A DNA stretch of 64,000 nucleotides from the NCBI GenBank assembly GCA_973895155.1, contig OZ316891.1, positions 6,419,708 to 6,483,707 of the forward strand. The letters are read 5' to 3'. Both the position numbers and the translations under genes were made by a program. Below the pieces are notes generated by a model, which saw nothing but the letters and a program-made list of their open reading frames with translations, ran no database searches and was not told where the DNA came from. This DNA is from Marsupella aquatica (lineage: Eukaryota > Plantae > Marchantiophyta). Shown one piece after another: positions 1 to 13,690 of the stretch (positions within the stretch are counted from its first letter, which is position 1; each line of letters begins with the position of its first letter).

Positions 1-3000
1 GAGTAGCTTAGCTTGTCTTTGTCATTACTACAATCCAGAGATGTAAACGACATTAGCACCGACGCAAGGTCATCATTGTAGTCTGAAATTGTTTACTGTG
101 AAGCAAAATGCCAGACTTATGCTGAATCCGTTGAACACACTGCAACTCCGGAAACTTTTCATCATTGCTAGTGATCTGCTACTAAAAAGTTCAACATAAG
201 GAAAACCTAATTTCACCGCAACCCCTTGAAATCCGAGACTCTTACCGAAAGGCGGTTCGAGTCAAGAGATTCACATCTTCCTTGAAAGCCTTAAAGCCAT
301 CTTTCCCTCCGGCATAAGCTCCATATTTCAGCTTTTTTTCAATCACCAACAGATCCAGGGCCTTTGCTTGGACTGACGTAGCTCCGTTGCCATCAGTTGC
401 GACAATATGAGCCTACAGCCAACCAAAACATGATCCGTAAGACAAACCACTCTCGTTAAAGAACAAACTTTAGTGGAGCTGCAAAACGAGCTCATTAGAA
501 TTAAGGAAAACAAAGATGCTCCAATCAGGACCCAGTAGGCTTGTAGCAGTGCCCTTCGACTTGAGCTCTTCTGCAAAATTTGCCTCTTTTTCCACTTGTG
601 AAATGTAATTCACATTATTGAAACTAATATCACAGAGTTGATGTCCAAAAGAAGAAAAGAATGGAAGAGAAACACGAACACACCGGCTGGAAACATTTGT
701 TGTTGTCAGCCTCCATCATCACTCTCAGTATCAGCCTCATTTCTTTCTCCAGAGTTTTATCTCCTTCAAACAAACTTGAAATCGTACTCCTTGGTGGATG
801 CTCCACTTTGACACTCGTGCTGGAATGCTTATCTGAGAGTAATCGTTGACCCCCCGTTACTGGCTTAAACATTCTGTAAGAGGCTTTATCGAGCTTTCTC
901 AGTAACGATCCGGACGGTGTTTTCCGTTTCAGGTGCGGTAAACGGGAAACACTGTTACCATTCTCCTGTTTGACTGCCTTAATGGATCCATTGACACCAT
1001 TGCTCTTCACGATTGCCCCTCCGTTGTTCAATTTCAAAAGTTTGACTCCATCACTTGAGTGCGTAACTGCAGAGTCTTGAAAAGATTCATTTATGTCAGT
1101 CTCCTCCACCGTGCTCACCACACACGTATAACCATTGGGACTTCTTGCTTTACTCGCACCATCACTGACAGGGTGCATCTCGGATTCAATACCATATCTG
1201 CTTGAGGATTCACGAAGCCTGTGTCTGCTCACCCCAATGACCTTCAAACTTCTAGTCTTCAAATGTTTTGCTTCTCGTTTGCGTGTGAGAGCATCTTTGG
1301 GACTCTGACCATCATATCCGACCCATCTCACATTTGGAAAGCTGTCTCTGAGTTCCTGAATAAGTTCAATAGGCCTTATATCAACGGCGGAGATGGACGG
1401 GCATGCCATCAAGAGGTGTCGTACGGATTCAGGGCTCACGTTGCACCCCTTTAAATTTACGCTCCGAAGCTTCCCAGCTCCAAATCCCTGCTCAACCAAC
1501 AAAGTAAGTCTTCTCATTGAGCATCAAAATTTGATTTCAATAACTAGAAGAGGACGAAATGAAGACAGGAGAGCAACAGAATACAACACGACAATTTAAA
1601 AACCCATTAGCATCAAAGGAATAAGTTGCAACTTCCTAAATTTGAGAAATCACAAATTGAGCAGAACAGAGCAAGTCGCAGTCACAACTCTCCTGACAAT
1701 GAAGGAACGAACAACCACACCAAATCAGCATCTACTTCAAGAAATCTATATGCCAAATAAGATTAGGGTTTAAACTTACTGGCAAAGATTCAAGCACCGC
1801 ATCGAGACTCTGACCGTGCACTGAAGACAGATCAGCTATCTTCAACTGCGTTTTGTATCTCTCACCAACAGCCAACCATGACTTGCATGTCGCCATTGCA
1901 TTTACTAGTGTCTTTAGATCACCCCGTAAGGAGCGGAATACGGAGCATAAAATGCTGGGCTTTAAAGCAGCCCAATTCTGTTCCTGAGCTTTGTCTTCGA
2001 CTTGATCCTGTCCCTCCAGACGATCCACTTCCGAAGCTTTTGCTTGGCCCTCTACGAGCGGGGACATGGATGAATTCACATGGGGCAACGGTGACGAATG
2101 GGCTCGTTTTCCGTCAGATTCACTATCTTCCTTTCCCAGAGTACGCTTTTTGTGGCTACTTTTCTGACGCTGCTTGGAGGGCTCTCCATCTTCTACAGAT
2201 AAAGCTTTCCTCTTCAACCGAAATGAACCCACATCCCCAAAAGGTCCATCTGTACAGGGTGGGACATTGACAGCGTAAACCAGAAAGAAAGTCAATATCC
2301 CTAGAAAACAAATGACCTCAAATCCATGTCAGAACAAAAAGCAAAGTGAAGCTATCACCTGTCCGGCTTGTTCACTTAAGTTGTTCAAAACATATTTGCG
2401 CGATACATCTATCCTTCCGCGTTGAAATTTCCTTCATATCAGGCCCATCTCAAATGAAATAGAACAATGAGCTTCAACAAAACCTAAAGACCATCTCACC
2501 ACAAATAGAGGCATCCAAGACGCTTTCAAACAATCCAATGTTGTGCAAAAGGAACTGAGGTGCTGCCCATTACCTCGTCCATCACATACTTCGACCTCCA
2601 TCATTTTGAGACCGTTGTCGCGAGGTGTCTCAAACACTGTACTGCTTGCTTGCTCCATAGAGTGATCAAGCAACCGCTTCTTATGTTTTGGTGTGTCATG
2701 GGATTCTTCAGTCACCGATAAATGCGACATTGTGGAAGGGGCACTGTTGAGGGCAGCAGGCGTCAGGATACTCAACGCTGGGCTCACGGGTACTCCAAGC
2801 GAGGTGACAACAGACGAGTCCTTTGCCTCTGACCATTTCTCCAAACGTTCGTTTCCCGCCACAAGTATTCCGTTCTTGTTTGGCTTTGTGACAAATTCAT
2901 GCCCCTCAGAATCAAGTTCCTCCTTAGGCATACTTCGGCTTATAAACAGCTTTTTCAAAGGGGTAGCGTTGGCACTCTTGGAGAACTCCAGATCTGATCC

Positions 3001-6000
3001 TTGCAAGTCTGAATTACGGGAAGGGGTCTTACGTGAACCATCCGGCAAAGAAGGTTTGCTCTTCTGATACAAAATATCGACAGGGTGATCCGAGGGTAAT
3101 TTCAACTGACCATCAGCACCACTTGCTACCAAACGTAGAGGTCCACGCTTGTCCACCACACTGTTATTTTTCACACTACAAGTCAACTCTTTTTTTAGGC
3201 TGGCCCTAAAATGTTTTGCTTGACCAAGAGATTTGGTCCCTGTGCCACTGGGTAAGCCTTGAGTTGAGCTGCCTTCGCCAGACTTGTTCACTTGAAAGCC
3301 AGCTACGACACCAACTGAACGATCCTTCACCGGTGTGGACAGGTGAGCACGAGGTGTCGAGCCTTGAGATTTTGGTGTCACAGCACCTTTCAACAACATC
3401 ACAGAATGCTGAGTTAAGGTGACATTATAATCTTCCGCAAAACTCTCAGCTTTATGCAACACGGGTTTCAGGGCAAACTTTGGTAGCTGAAGCCTCATGG
3501 GCTCTGCTACGGTTGTCCTCCAGGACTCTTGATTCTGCTTCCGTGGGTCACGTAAATTCTTGCTCTTACTCCCGCAAAGAGGATGTCCTCCATTCATGAC
3601 CACCTTTCTATGATGAGATGTCTCTACTTTTGCATGGTGTGAATTGTCCGTTACAAGCCTCCAATCACCACCTCTTGATGGCCACTTCCATGATTCTTGC
3701 TTGCTTTCTAAATGATAAGGTACGCTACTAGCTCGAGGAGTAGGCTCAGGAGGGGCACTGGCGACCACTGTACCACCTTCTGATGCATCTCCAACCCTTA
3801 TCTCTTCAGATTTTGCATCTACCTTCGTAACCGGTTGATCAAATCCAAACCCTTCCAAACCTTGGACCTCACTCCCAAAATCACCATCCTTCCACTGGTC
3901 ACCAATGTCAGCAAATCCACCATGCGATCGAGGAGATTCTGGAGAATTCATTGACATTGTCATCACAAAACGTTAGAATGTCTTCAGCTTATGTACTGTG
4001 GACGAGAAAAGTGTTTCAACATGCCAAATCGATCCAAGATGTTTCTGAGATCAAAACTGTTATCAAAATGGCTGCGGCCTTACCTTCAACAACAATGTCT
4101 GATTCGTACTCCTGCCGGACACGCTTTGAGGCGATACTTAAGGCCTCTGAAAACCATTGAAAAAAGAAACTAAGTTCAGTCTGTGTACTCACATCTGAGA
4201 TAGATCAAGTAGCTTACATTATACAAATAGCTCAATGCAAAAGCAACCTTGGAAGAAGTACTAAGCAGTTACCATGGACAATATCCTTTTCCCTGCCGGG
4301 AATTAAAGTCCTGCCCTCCATTAGCCTGTCAACACGTTCATCAATATGAAAGTCTTCGTACTCTTCATCAAGAGATGCAGCATTATGTGCCTCTGTTCCT
4401 GGAGGACATATATCGCGGTCTGAGTTCTCGACTTTGCCGTGATCTCGGGGTCGTAACTCTTGGCCGAAAGGAGCACTGGGCAGAATAGATTCTTCGGATA
4501 GCATAGGAGATTTTATGACAGACTGCTGTTGAGATTCAGGAGGCTTTGAGGCCATGGAGGGATTGCGAGGCGACCGGGCATGCGCTAACGTAACCCGATC
4601 CTCACTTCCCTCTTGTTGAAGCAAACCTTCCGACAGCTGCTTCACACTGACCGATTCCTCCATCTGAGTGAGAGCCACAGGCCCTTGCAAGGGTCCCTGC
4701 GAATGATGATGCATCCAACCTTTGCCCTGTGATTGCGAGGCATTGTTGTAGCCCTGTTCAAAATGCCTCGAAGGCGACACTGAGTCCAGAAAAATACCAT
4801 TATGGCGTGATGGTGGGGACAAGCTACCCCTTCTAAGCCGATAGTACCGAGCATTGCATACAGCCAGATAAGAGCCAGGACGGTACTGACAATGCCCTGG
4901 AGGCGCCTCCCAAATTCTTGAATGCCTCCACCCATGATGCTCTCCACCATCGTCCCTTAAATGACAACCCGCATTCCCAGTTTTGTCAAAGCCGTCAGCG
5001 CAGCCGTGGAGCCAGTACTCAGATTTCAAACCAGTCCTTCCCTTTCTGGTGTAGCCATTCCTATCCCAATTTCTATCGACACTGCCTTCTCTACTGCTCC
5101 AACCCATGTGTCGATCCATTGAGTTATCCCTCTCTCTACTATGGTGTCTCCCTCTCCCTGGTGTTCCAGAGCGAGAGTGGGTTAAATTTTCAGTGCGCTC
5201 TCGGTAAGAATCCCTCGCACTGGCACTGGCTCCCTCTATGCCCATGCTATTTGGATCAGACTCATTCCCTCCCCGCCGAAAGTAAGACTCACTTTCTCTG
5301 AGATGGTACTCTTCCTCCATACGTCTCCGATGCCATTCGGGCTCAACATCTAGCTCCCTTGAAGATCTTTGACTCGAAACCCGGCCTGATGTGCTATCCT
5401 CTGAGTGTTTCAGGTATCTAATTCTCTCTGAATTGGATGTACTTTTCGCAGCTTCACGATGAGTATCGTCCAGACAGCTGCCAGTGCCCGTCAGCTTAAT
5501 CTTAGGATCTTGCTCTGCTAAGGCTGAAGGACGGACGCCCTCCAAAACTTCAGCGGCATCCGCAACAGGATCTTTGCTGTCTCTACGAGAAGGATGCAAA
5601 CGTTTCTCAGAATCTCTCGCTTGAGCATTGTCTCCCCTGACGCCCCATCCCGAGACGCGTTTTGCACTTCCATCAATTCCATTTGCCTTGCCACGAATAT
5701 CATCAAGGCCAGATACTATATGGACGTCTGGTTGCTTTGATAATTCACACAATACTTTCTCTTCAACACTATCTTTCGCATTCGTGCAATCAATCTCACC
5801 TTTTCTTCCATGGTCAGGCGAGTTGCTAACCTCAGAGTCCTTACCACTGGCAGTACATTTTCCATCAAGTCGTGGAGAAGGAAAGTCTACTTTGATGTCT
5901 CCATTCCCCTCTACAACACTCTCTTGTCCATCCTTTCCGTGACCAGATGAAGGTAGAACAGGTTCCTTTACAGCACTCACTTGTCCGTCCTTCCTTTGAC

Positions 6001-7693
6001 CTGATGATGATAGAATGGCCTCCTTTGCAATTTTTTCTGGCTCATCATTTCTTTGACCTGGTAAAGATAGAAAAGGCTCCTTCACAAGGCTCTCTTGTCC
6101 ATCGGTTCGCTCTGATGAAAACACAATGAGGTCCTTCGCAATACTCTCTGGTTCATCCTTTCTGCGACCTGTTGAAGATACAATGGTCTTCTTTGCATTA
6201 CTCTCTGGTCCATCCTTTCTCTGCCCTGATGACGATAACATGGTCTCCTTCGCAAAACTCTCTGGACCATCCTTTCTCTGACCTGATGAGGATAGAATGG
6301 GCTCCTTGGTCATGCTCTCTGGTCCATCCTTTCTTTGATATGATGAAGACAGAATGGGCTCCTTCGCAACACTCTCCTTTGCAAAACTCTCTGGTCCATC
6401 CTTTCTCTGACCTGATGAAGACAGAATGGGCTCCTTCACAACACTCTCTTGTCCATCCTTTCTCTGACCTGATGAGGATAAAATGGGCTCCTTGGCCATG
6501 CTCTCTTGTCCATCCTTTCTCTGACCTGATGAAGACAGAATGGGCTCCTTCGCAACACCCTCCTGTCTATCCTTTCTCTGCCCTGATGAAGACAGAATGG
6601 TCTCCTTTGCCAAACTCTCTTGTCCACCCTTTCTCTGACCTGATGAGGATAGAATGGGCTCCTTGGCCAAGCTCTCTGGTCCGTCCTTTCTCTGCCCTGA
6701 TGAAGACAGAATGGTCTCTTTTGCAAAACTCTCTTGCCCATCCTTTCTCTGACCTGATGAGGATAGAATGGGCTCCTTGGCCATGCTCTCTGGTCCGTCC
6801 TTTCTTTGAAATGATGAAGACAAAATGGGCTCCTTCGCAACAATCTCCTGTCTATCCTTTCTCTGCCCTGATGAAGACAGAATGCTTTCCTTTGCCAAAC
6901 TCTCTGGTCCATCCTTTCTCTGACCTGATGAGGATAGAATGCGCTCCTTGGCCATGCTCTCTGGTCCATCCTTTCTTTGATGTGATGAAGACAGAATGGG
7001 CTCCTTCGCAACACTCTCCTGTCTATCCTTTCTTTGGACTGAGGGAGATAGAATGGGCTCCTTTGCCATGCTCGCTGGTCCATCCTTCTTTTGACCTCCT
7101 GAAGATAGAATGGGCTCCTTTGCAACACTCTCTTGTCCATCCCTTCTCTGACCTGAAGCAGATAGAATGGCCTCCTTTAGAGTAGTTTCTTGTCCATCCC
7201 TTCTTTGACCTGACGCAGACAAAATGGCCTCCCGTAGAGTAGTCTCTTGTCCGTCCTTCCTTTGACCTGACACAACTCCATGGCCCCTGACCTCGTTATC
7301 CCTGTGCCTATCCCCTGTATCACGAGGTCTCTGATTACCGACGTCACCGTTGTCATGATAATCAAAGTGCGCGTGTCGACTACTGCCACTTTCTCTCACG
7401 CTATCTGTTCTCGAGTTACCGTAATCCCTACCACCTGGCAAGGCAATTCGAGACGATGCCCAAGAATCGTGACCCCAACGCCTGTCACCACCTGTTATTG
7501 ACCTGTCCATTCTTCCCGAGTCGTTGTATCTGCAATCCAAGGTCGGGCAATTCCTCCGAATGTGCCCATCTTGCCCGCAAGAATAACAATATTTACGATC
7601 ATAAGGCATTCCTCGGCCACGATCGTATGGTTGTTGCCCTAATCGAGGCCTTTCGGGGCCCGAAGAAGCGGCTGGATGCCACGCTCTGTCCAT
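1..7693 (-). CDS. ATXR3: ATXR3/SDG2-like histone H3K4 methyltransferase, N-terminal and central exons; the SET domain is expected beyond the left edge
   Basis: Exons approx. 7693-4273, 4146-4084, 3938-~2575, ~2300-1780, ~1480-680 and smaller downstream exons. Motifs resembling ATXR3: DFHIDERVDRLMEGRTLIPGREKDIVHEAL, F-box-like WAALKPSILCSVFRSLRGDLKTLVNAMATCKSW, LRR-like LRSVNLKGCNVS...ACPSISAVDI. GT-AG junctions checked for the first two introns. Confidence 0.75.
5915..7272 (-). repeat. Coding minisatellite, 57-bp (19-aa) unit, ~24 copies, consensus SGQRKDGxESxAKEPILSS
   Basis: Units counted directly in the translation of ORF 4232..7693. Confidence 0.95.
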
Positions 7694-9039
7694 GGGGCCA
7701 AAACCGAAAGAAAAGTGCTACCAAGTCCAATCCTCAGGGCACCGCTAATGAGCCAGGTCCTGACATCTGCACAACCGATACATTTCTTACTTCATAAAAT
7801 GCAACAGCGTTTCCAACGCAAGCAGAGCAGTCTTGTATCGAGCTAAAACTCCGACTTGTAAATAGACTAGCACATAAAAGAGCTAGAACAAACCAAATTG
7901 CCCGCGGAGGTGGTGTCCAGTGAGAAAATAACTAGTCCTTCCTGAGAATCCACAGCATCCCCCGAAGACGACGTAGGCATCAGGGAACAAATTCTCCTCC
8001 ATGATTAATGTGCCAAAATTCCATGATTCTAGAGTCCTATTTCCTCCGTGATTGTTTTCGACTTCATTCCAAACGCTTCGTTTCTACGCCATAAGGCTTA
8101 AAATTCGTAGCACGAAAAGAACGAGCAATACCTTTCCCCTCAGCATTTTGCCAAATATTTCGCGGGAACCTCTTCAAGAACGGAACAGTCCTTGCCTGAT
8201 TGAGGTGGAGAGGGCAGAGCAAGACATTCCTAGCCATGCACGAGCACCATCACAACACATCACAGAACTCCCAAAGCAAGCAATCAACATCAATTCTGAA
8301 GGACGGCATGGAGGCACTCACCGATTCAGGAACTTCAAGCACGCGAGTAAGAGTAAAGGAACCTTTCATCATCTCTCGGATCCAGTAGCACATCGTCACC
8401 CGCCGGCAGGACTTCTCCTTCCTTGTCATCCAAAGCAGGCATGCAATTGCTGCAACGCGCCCGCCCTAGCCAAGACACGCCAGAAAGCCAACACAGGAAG
8501 ACCTAACAACGCAATCGCGAACAAGAGTACGAAGAACAAAACGCCTCGAGGAAAGACCGGGTAAAAGGTCCATCTACTTATCCCTCTTGTCCTCTTCGCC
8601 TCCCTTCGCTGTTCTCCTCCTTCACCGAAACCGGCGCCTCTGATCCAAATCTCTACACTAATGTTAATGTCAAGCCAGAAATGTTCATCCTGTACCCTTG
8701 GGCCTTGTCCCCCCTCCCTCGTTCCACGGAAACCCTGTCCGTCACCGATCCAAATCGCCAACCCTGAAAACACTAGTCCCAATCAAAATGCTCCTCGTCC
8801 CAGGTCCAGGTCCATCGCTTCCCGCTTCCCCCGGCTACCACTGCACCTCCACTTCCTCTTGCCCGCACATCCGGAGAAACTCTCGTCCTCCACCGATAAC
8901 CTCGCTCCCGCTCCTGCTCCTCCTCCTCCTCCTCTGCTCGTCTCTTCCTTTTCGTCTCCCTCCGCGCAACCCCGCGCCACCTCTGCTCCAAGTACCCCGA
9001 AGCTGCAACACTCTTAATAATCAATCCGAATGCGCCTCC

Positions 9040-9660
9040 CCGCCTCCTCACTCCTCTCCATCTCCCTCTCCCTCCTCTCCTTTCCCTCCACCGCATATAA
9101 TCCTCCCCTCTCCCTCTCCCTCTCTCGCTCCACTCTCTCACTCCCTCACTCACTCACTCTCGTCCGTCCTGCCCCCGACGACACAAAGCACCCCAATCCC
9201 AATGCCTCTCCTCCGTGCTCCACTCCACACTCTCAATCACTGAATCAAAGATGCGCTCTCTCTCTCCCTCTCTCTCCACAATATGTCGCCCGTCTCTCTA
9301 TCTCGACGTCCCTCTCGACGTCCTCTCGACGTCCCGCTCGACTACTTCTGTGTCTCGCGTGGCGTGACACAAATGTCCGAAGGGCGCACACAACGAACGT
9401 AGCACTCCCACAGCGAGGGAAGCGAAGGGAAGGGAAGGAAAGGGAAGCAGCGCGCGCGGGGGAAAAATGTTGACGACACACACACACACACTCTCAATCT
9501 CTTCTTCTTCGTCGTCGTCGTCGTCACAACTTCATCATCATCAACAGCAGAGAGAGGAGAGGAGAGGAGAGGAGAGCAGAGGACAGGAGAGGGGAGCAGA
9601 GGCAGAGGAGCAGCAGAGACAGAGGAGCAGCAGAGACAGGCGCAGCAGCAGCAGCAGCAA
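9040..9660. repeat. CT/GA-rich, CA, TCG and GCA microsatellite tracts in the probable 5' region of the ATXR3-like gene
   Basis: Visible (CT)n, (CA)n, (TCG)n, (GGAGA)n and (GCA)n tracts. Confidence 0.8.
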
Positions 9661-12600
9661 CAACACAGCAGATAGACATTTTTTTTTTACTACCGTAGTT
9701 CTGAAAAGGCCGCACACTGAAGACAGGCAGACAAAGCGGCCCGACCCGGCCGGGCGGGCCGGCGGGCCAGACGGCAGTCTCGTCGGCCCAGCCTCGGCCC
9801 TCCTCCTCAACTCCCGACCAGCCACTGGACCCCGACTCGACTCGACTGGACTCGGGTCGTGGCCTGGCGTGGCGTGGTGAGGAGGCCGAGGGAGGAGAGC
9901 GAAGAGGGCCGCGCCCGGCCCGGCACCGCTGGTCGCTGGCGCCAGCTCTGGCTGGCTCCTTGAGGAGCGTGGGAGCGAAGGAAGCGAAGCAACAAAGAAG
10001 AGGAGCGAACAACTGAAGTGAGGGTGAGCCTGCCAGAAGGAACAAGAAGGGCGGAGGAGCAAATGGGGTTCCGTTGCGGTCATGGGCAAGTGAGCAAGTG
10101 AACCCACCCAAGCGTTTATCATACTTCGATGCGGGTCGTTTCCATTATTTTAGAAGTAATTATACTAGGGGGTCTCAAATATCCCCTCTGGACCCCTTTT
10201 TGTTGCCCATGTTAGGTTTGGAGCAGGTGCACCGAGTACATGTGAGGCATTGGTCTGCACAGTAGATCTGTGGGATTTGGCTATTGCCCATGGTCTGCTC
10301 CACTCTAACTGAAGCCAGGGAATGTCGGCCGCATTTTGGAAAGACTAAGTAGACATTGGACAACAATGGTGGAGACAGGATTGAGGACGTGTGAAGGCTG
10401 CCGCCAACAACATGTTTCAGTATGCTGAACAATTTAGACTTATTTCACAAAGGTTAGGCACCATTTTGTAGGCCCATGGGAGCACTTTTGGCAGTTTGCC
10501 CCTTCCCACAAGCTTTTGTCCACAGAGGATAGCTGAGACCCCCTAATAAATGGAGTACAAGCAAAAAAATGTCTAAAGAGAGTACAAACTTAAATGAATT
10601 AAGATGGCAAATGCAAACCCCAAAAGATAGACGAAAGAAGAGATGGAGATCTACCATTGCAATACTATGATGAGCTAGTAGTCCACGCCTAGTGCGTGCG
10701 AGCTAGTGGTCCACCTCTAGTGCTCTAAGTAAGTTTGCAAGTGGGACATGAATATATTCTAAGGGGCAACCCTAAATAGAGCCCCCAAAGCAAATTTACA
10801 CCTTCTCTATGTCAGAGATTTTTTTTAACATAAGTTTACAGCAACCTTGGGAATAACCTATCTATGATTTTGGGCTTGTGTAACATCTTCCAGAAAATTG
10901 GAACCCTAGGTAAACCTGGGGGACAGCATCACCTCCCTTACAGCAATGTCACAAATGTTCAGAATACAATTTGTTGTTTCACTTATATGTACAAATCTAG
11001 GAAGTTCTCCACAAAAAAAGAAGTGGGCATGAGGTGAATCTTTTCCTTCCCTTATTTGTGCCAGGACATAAGTATTTAGACAATTTTTGGAGGGTAGATG
11101 CTTGCAAGCAAACTAGTTTGCACCTTGTGGGAGCAAATCATCCTCGGGAATGCCTTTGAGTGACCTTCTGGATGTGGGGGGCCCATTTTCCTAGAAAAGT
11201 AGGGGGAGGATTCAGTTCTAGATTGTGGAAAGAGACCAAGAAATCCAAATCTATCAGAGAGAGAAAGTGATGGTTTGAGCTTCAGGCATGTGTTAAATAA
11301 ACCACAAGAAATATACTTAAGTGGGCCCAAGAGAGGGTCTCAAATGCATATTGTACCTATTGTATTATGAATAGTGCCCTCGTGAGTCTCATAAGTGTGC
11401 AGCTGTCTTTATGAAAGCTTACAATGTAGATCTTGGAGCTGGAAAGAAATATGCATTGTAAGCAAAAGAAAGGGTATTTTTAATTGGCTAGTGAAGCCTT
11501 AGACGTAGTGTAATGAGTGGACGCCAATAGAAATAGGGACGGATGTGGGACTTAGGCAAACAAAGGAAAAGGCTGCAATATTGTCAAGCAAAGAGTAGAA
11601 AGTGTATGCTATAGGGTAGTAATTATACGTCTGCCATGGGTAGAAATATAGCTGATTTGGACAACGATAAAAAATACCATTGGCACTCTACATTGCGTTT
11701 GAATCAAAGTAGGAGTACTACTAACGTTGTGTTTTGAGCTATAGTTAAATCTTCTCCAGCTTTTATGCAAACCTATGCGACTATGTAATGTAGTATATTT
11801 AATCATACAAGTAATTATTTCCTTGCAAATCCTGGGTGAGTACTTAATTAATTGGCCCGCCGATGAGGTAGTATAGATTCACTTTAATGCCTCTTAAATA
11901 CCCTCTTGTTCTCCAATTATCTGTGAGAGTGTGGACGATGTTGACGGATTCCCTAGTACAAGTGGCTGTTCTCAGTTGTCCTTGTACATCCACTTCTGGC
12001 AATATGGTTTATCGATGCAAAGTTTGCTAATTGGAGTTAGCCTCAACTAAAACTGTAATATTTTGAATCATGAGCTTGGATGGATTCAAAAGTGGTCTTT
12101 GCGTAAAAAGCTTACTTATTCCATATCTATTTTATCCTAGTTATAATGTAGGTTGCTCTAGATCCGATCTAAACTTAGGAATCCTATCCACACACACACA
12201 AAGAACAATTTTTTGGGGGTAAAGATCCCATGCAAGCTTACTTTAATACTGATATTTAATAAAATGCCACACTTTCCCACCAAAATCCTTGAATGCCTCG
12301 GTTTATAGTTTAAGGATCACTTGTTTTAATGACACTGAATTCAATCAAAAATTGTGCAAATCAATACGGTACAAAAGATCCTCCCTTGCCTTAGGTAATG
12401 AAAATAAAAACCATTCAAGCTTAGCAAACAAAAGTTTGAGGAGACTTAAAGCAGGAGGAGTCCACACCTCAAAGTATCAATTCTCTCGCTCAATCACTAG
12501 AATTGGCAGAAATTTCATAAAATCTGTTAAAGGGGATGAATGCACGATATTGAAAACTAAATGTAGTGGGAAATGAGAGCCCTAGCATAGGAAGATAGAA

Positions 12601-12734
12601 ATCACTTAGAAGGTGCCAAAGTAATCTAAAGTCTAAATTATACAAGTGGTGCACCTTGGTAGGGCACATTAAAATAAAACTACATGACAACAATTCTTAG
12701 TAAGACAAAACATTGAAAGGTGGATTGGCCATGT

Positions 12735-13019
12735 TGTTAGGAATTGACTCGAGTTCCCGACTTTAGTTAGTTTGGCCTTATTAGGGTTAGTTGACCCTTG
12801 GTTAGATTAGGATAAGATCCACTAATTTAGGCCCACACATTTTAGTCCCCCTGGGGGTATAGGTTGGAAGGAGAGCATTTTCTCCCTCATTCTTTACATG
12901 TACTCTCATATGCCATGGGTAATTTCTCCACTTGTGGTGTCTTGTCGGTGTAGTATGTGACTGAGTGTCTCTCTCATGTTCCACATTTGCTGCCTAGTTT
13001 GAGCTCATGGTTTCTTACA
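12735..13019. mobile_element. Solo LTR (285 bp)
   Basis: Starts TGTTAG, ends CTTACA, flanked by an exact 5-bp duplication CATGT (12730-12734 and 13020-13024). Confidence 0.75.
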
Positions 13020-13229
13020 CATGTAGCAATGTCATTGATAAAGGGGCAATGTCAGTCCTCATTTTGACTAACCATGGCATTTCGATAGTGCAAATACTGA
13101 CAATTTGACAGCTTTCAGTGAATATGGTGGCTATGGAGCAAGAAGAAGCCCAAATGGACTACAATATTTGTCAAACAACTTGGGTGCCACTGGACCACTA
13201 CAGTCCAGATAGACCATTTGCAAAACATT

Positions 13230-13690
13230 GCTTTGAACTCAATATTATCTTTCTTTTGTATCATTCAATGGTCACATTTTGGGTCTCAAAAGCTGCTAGG
13301 TGTATCTCAGTTGCATGGTCAGATGTTGTGGTCCATCCAAGCATCAATTTCAACAAAATTTGATATGTTCTGTAAAGTTTTTTTAAATGGGACAAAATAA
13401 TAATTTACCCTAACAATTGACAAAATTTACCCTCACAATTGGGCCACATCACTATAAGAGCAAGAGTTTCCTCAGATCAATTAAGACAAGTTGGGTCACA
13501 TGAACTGAATAGTATCTTTCCTTTGGTCACATGTTTGGGTCTCAAAAGCTGCTAGATTTATCGAAGTTGTATGGTCAAACATTTGCAGTTCATTCACAAA
13601 TCAATCACAGTCAGCAAATCTTGAGCTTTTCTATAATTAAAATACAAAAATGGGACAAAATAATAAGTCATCCATTAACCAGGGCACCTC
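13230..13690. repeat. Degenerate direct repeat, two copies ~280 bp apart
   Basis: ttgggtctcaaaagctgctag and aaatgggacaaaataataa each occur twice at similar spacing. Confidence 0.65.

Noticed and set aside
6172-7185. 337-aa plus-strand ORF and 234-aa alternative-frame ORF
   Set aside because: Stop-free shadows of the 57-bp coding repeat.
8052-10122. Many overlapping 100-195-aa ORFs
   Set aside because: GC-rich, low-complexity leader/promoter sequence with no recognisable domains.
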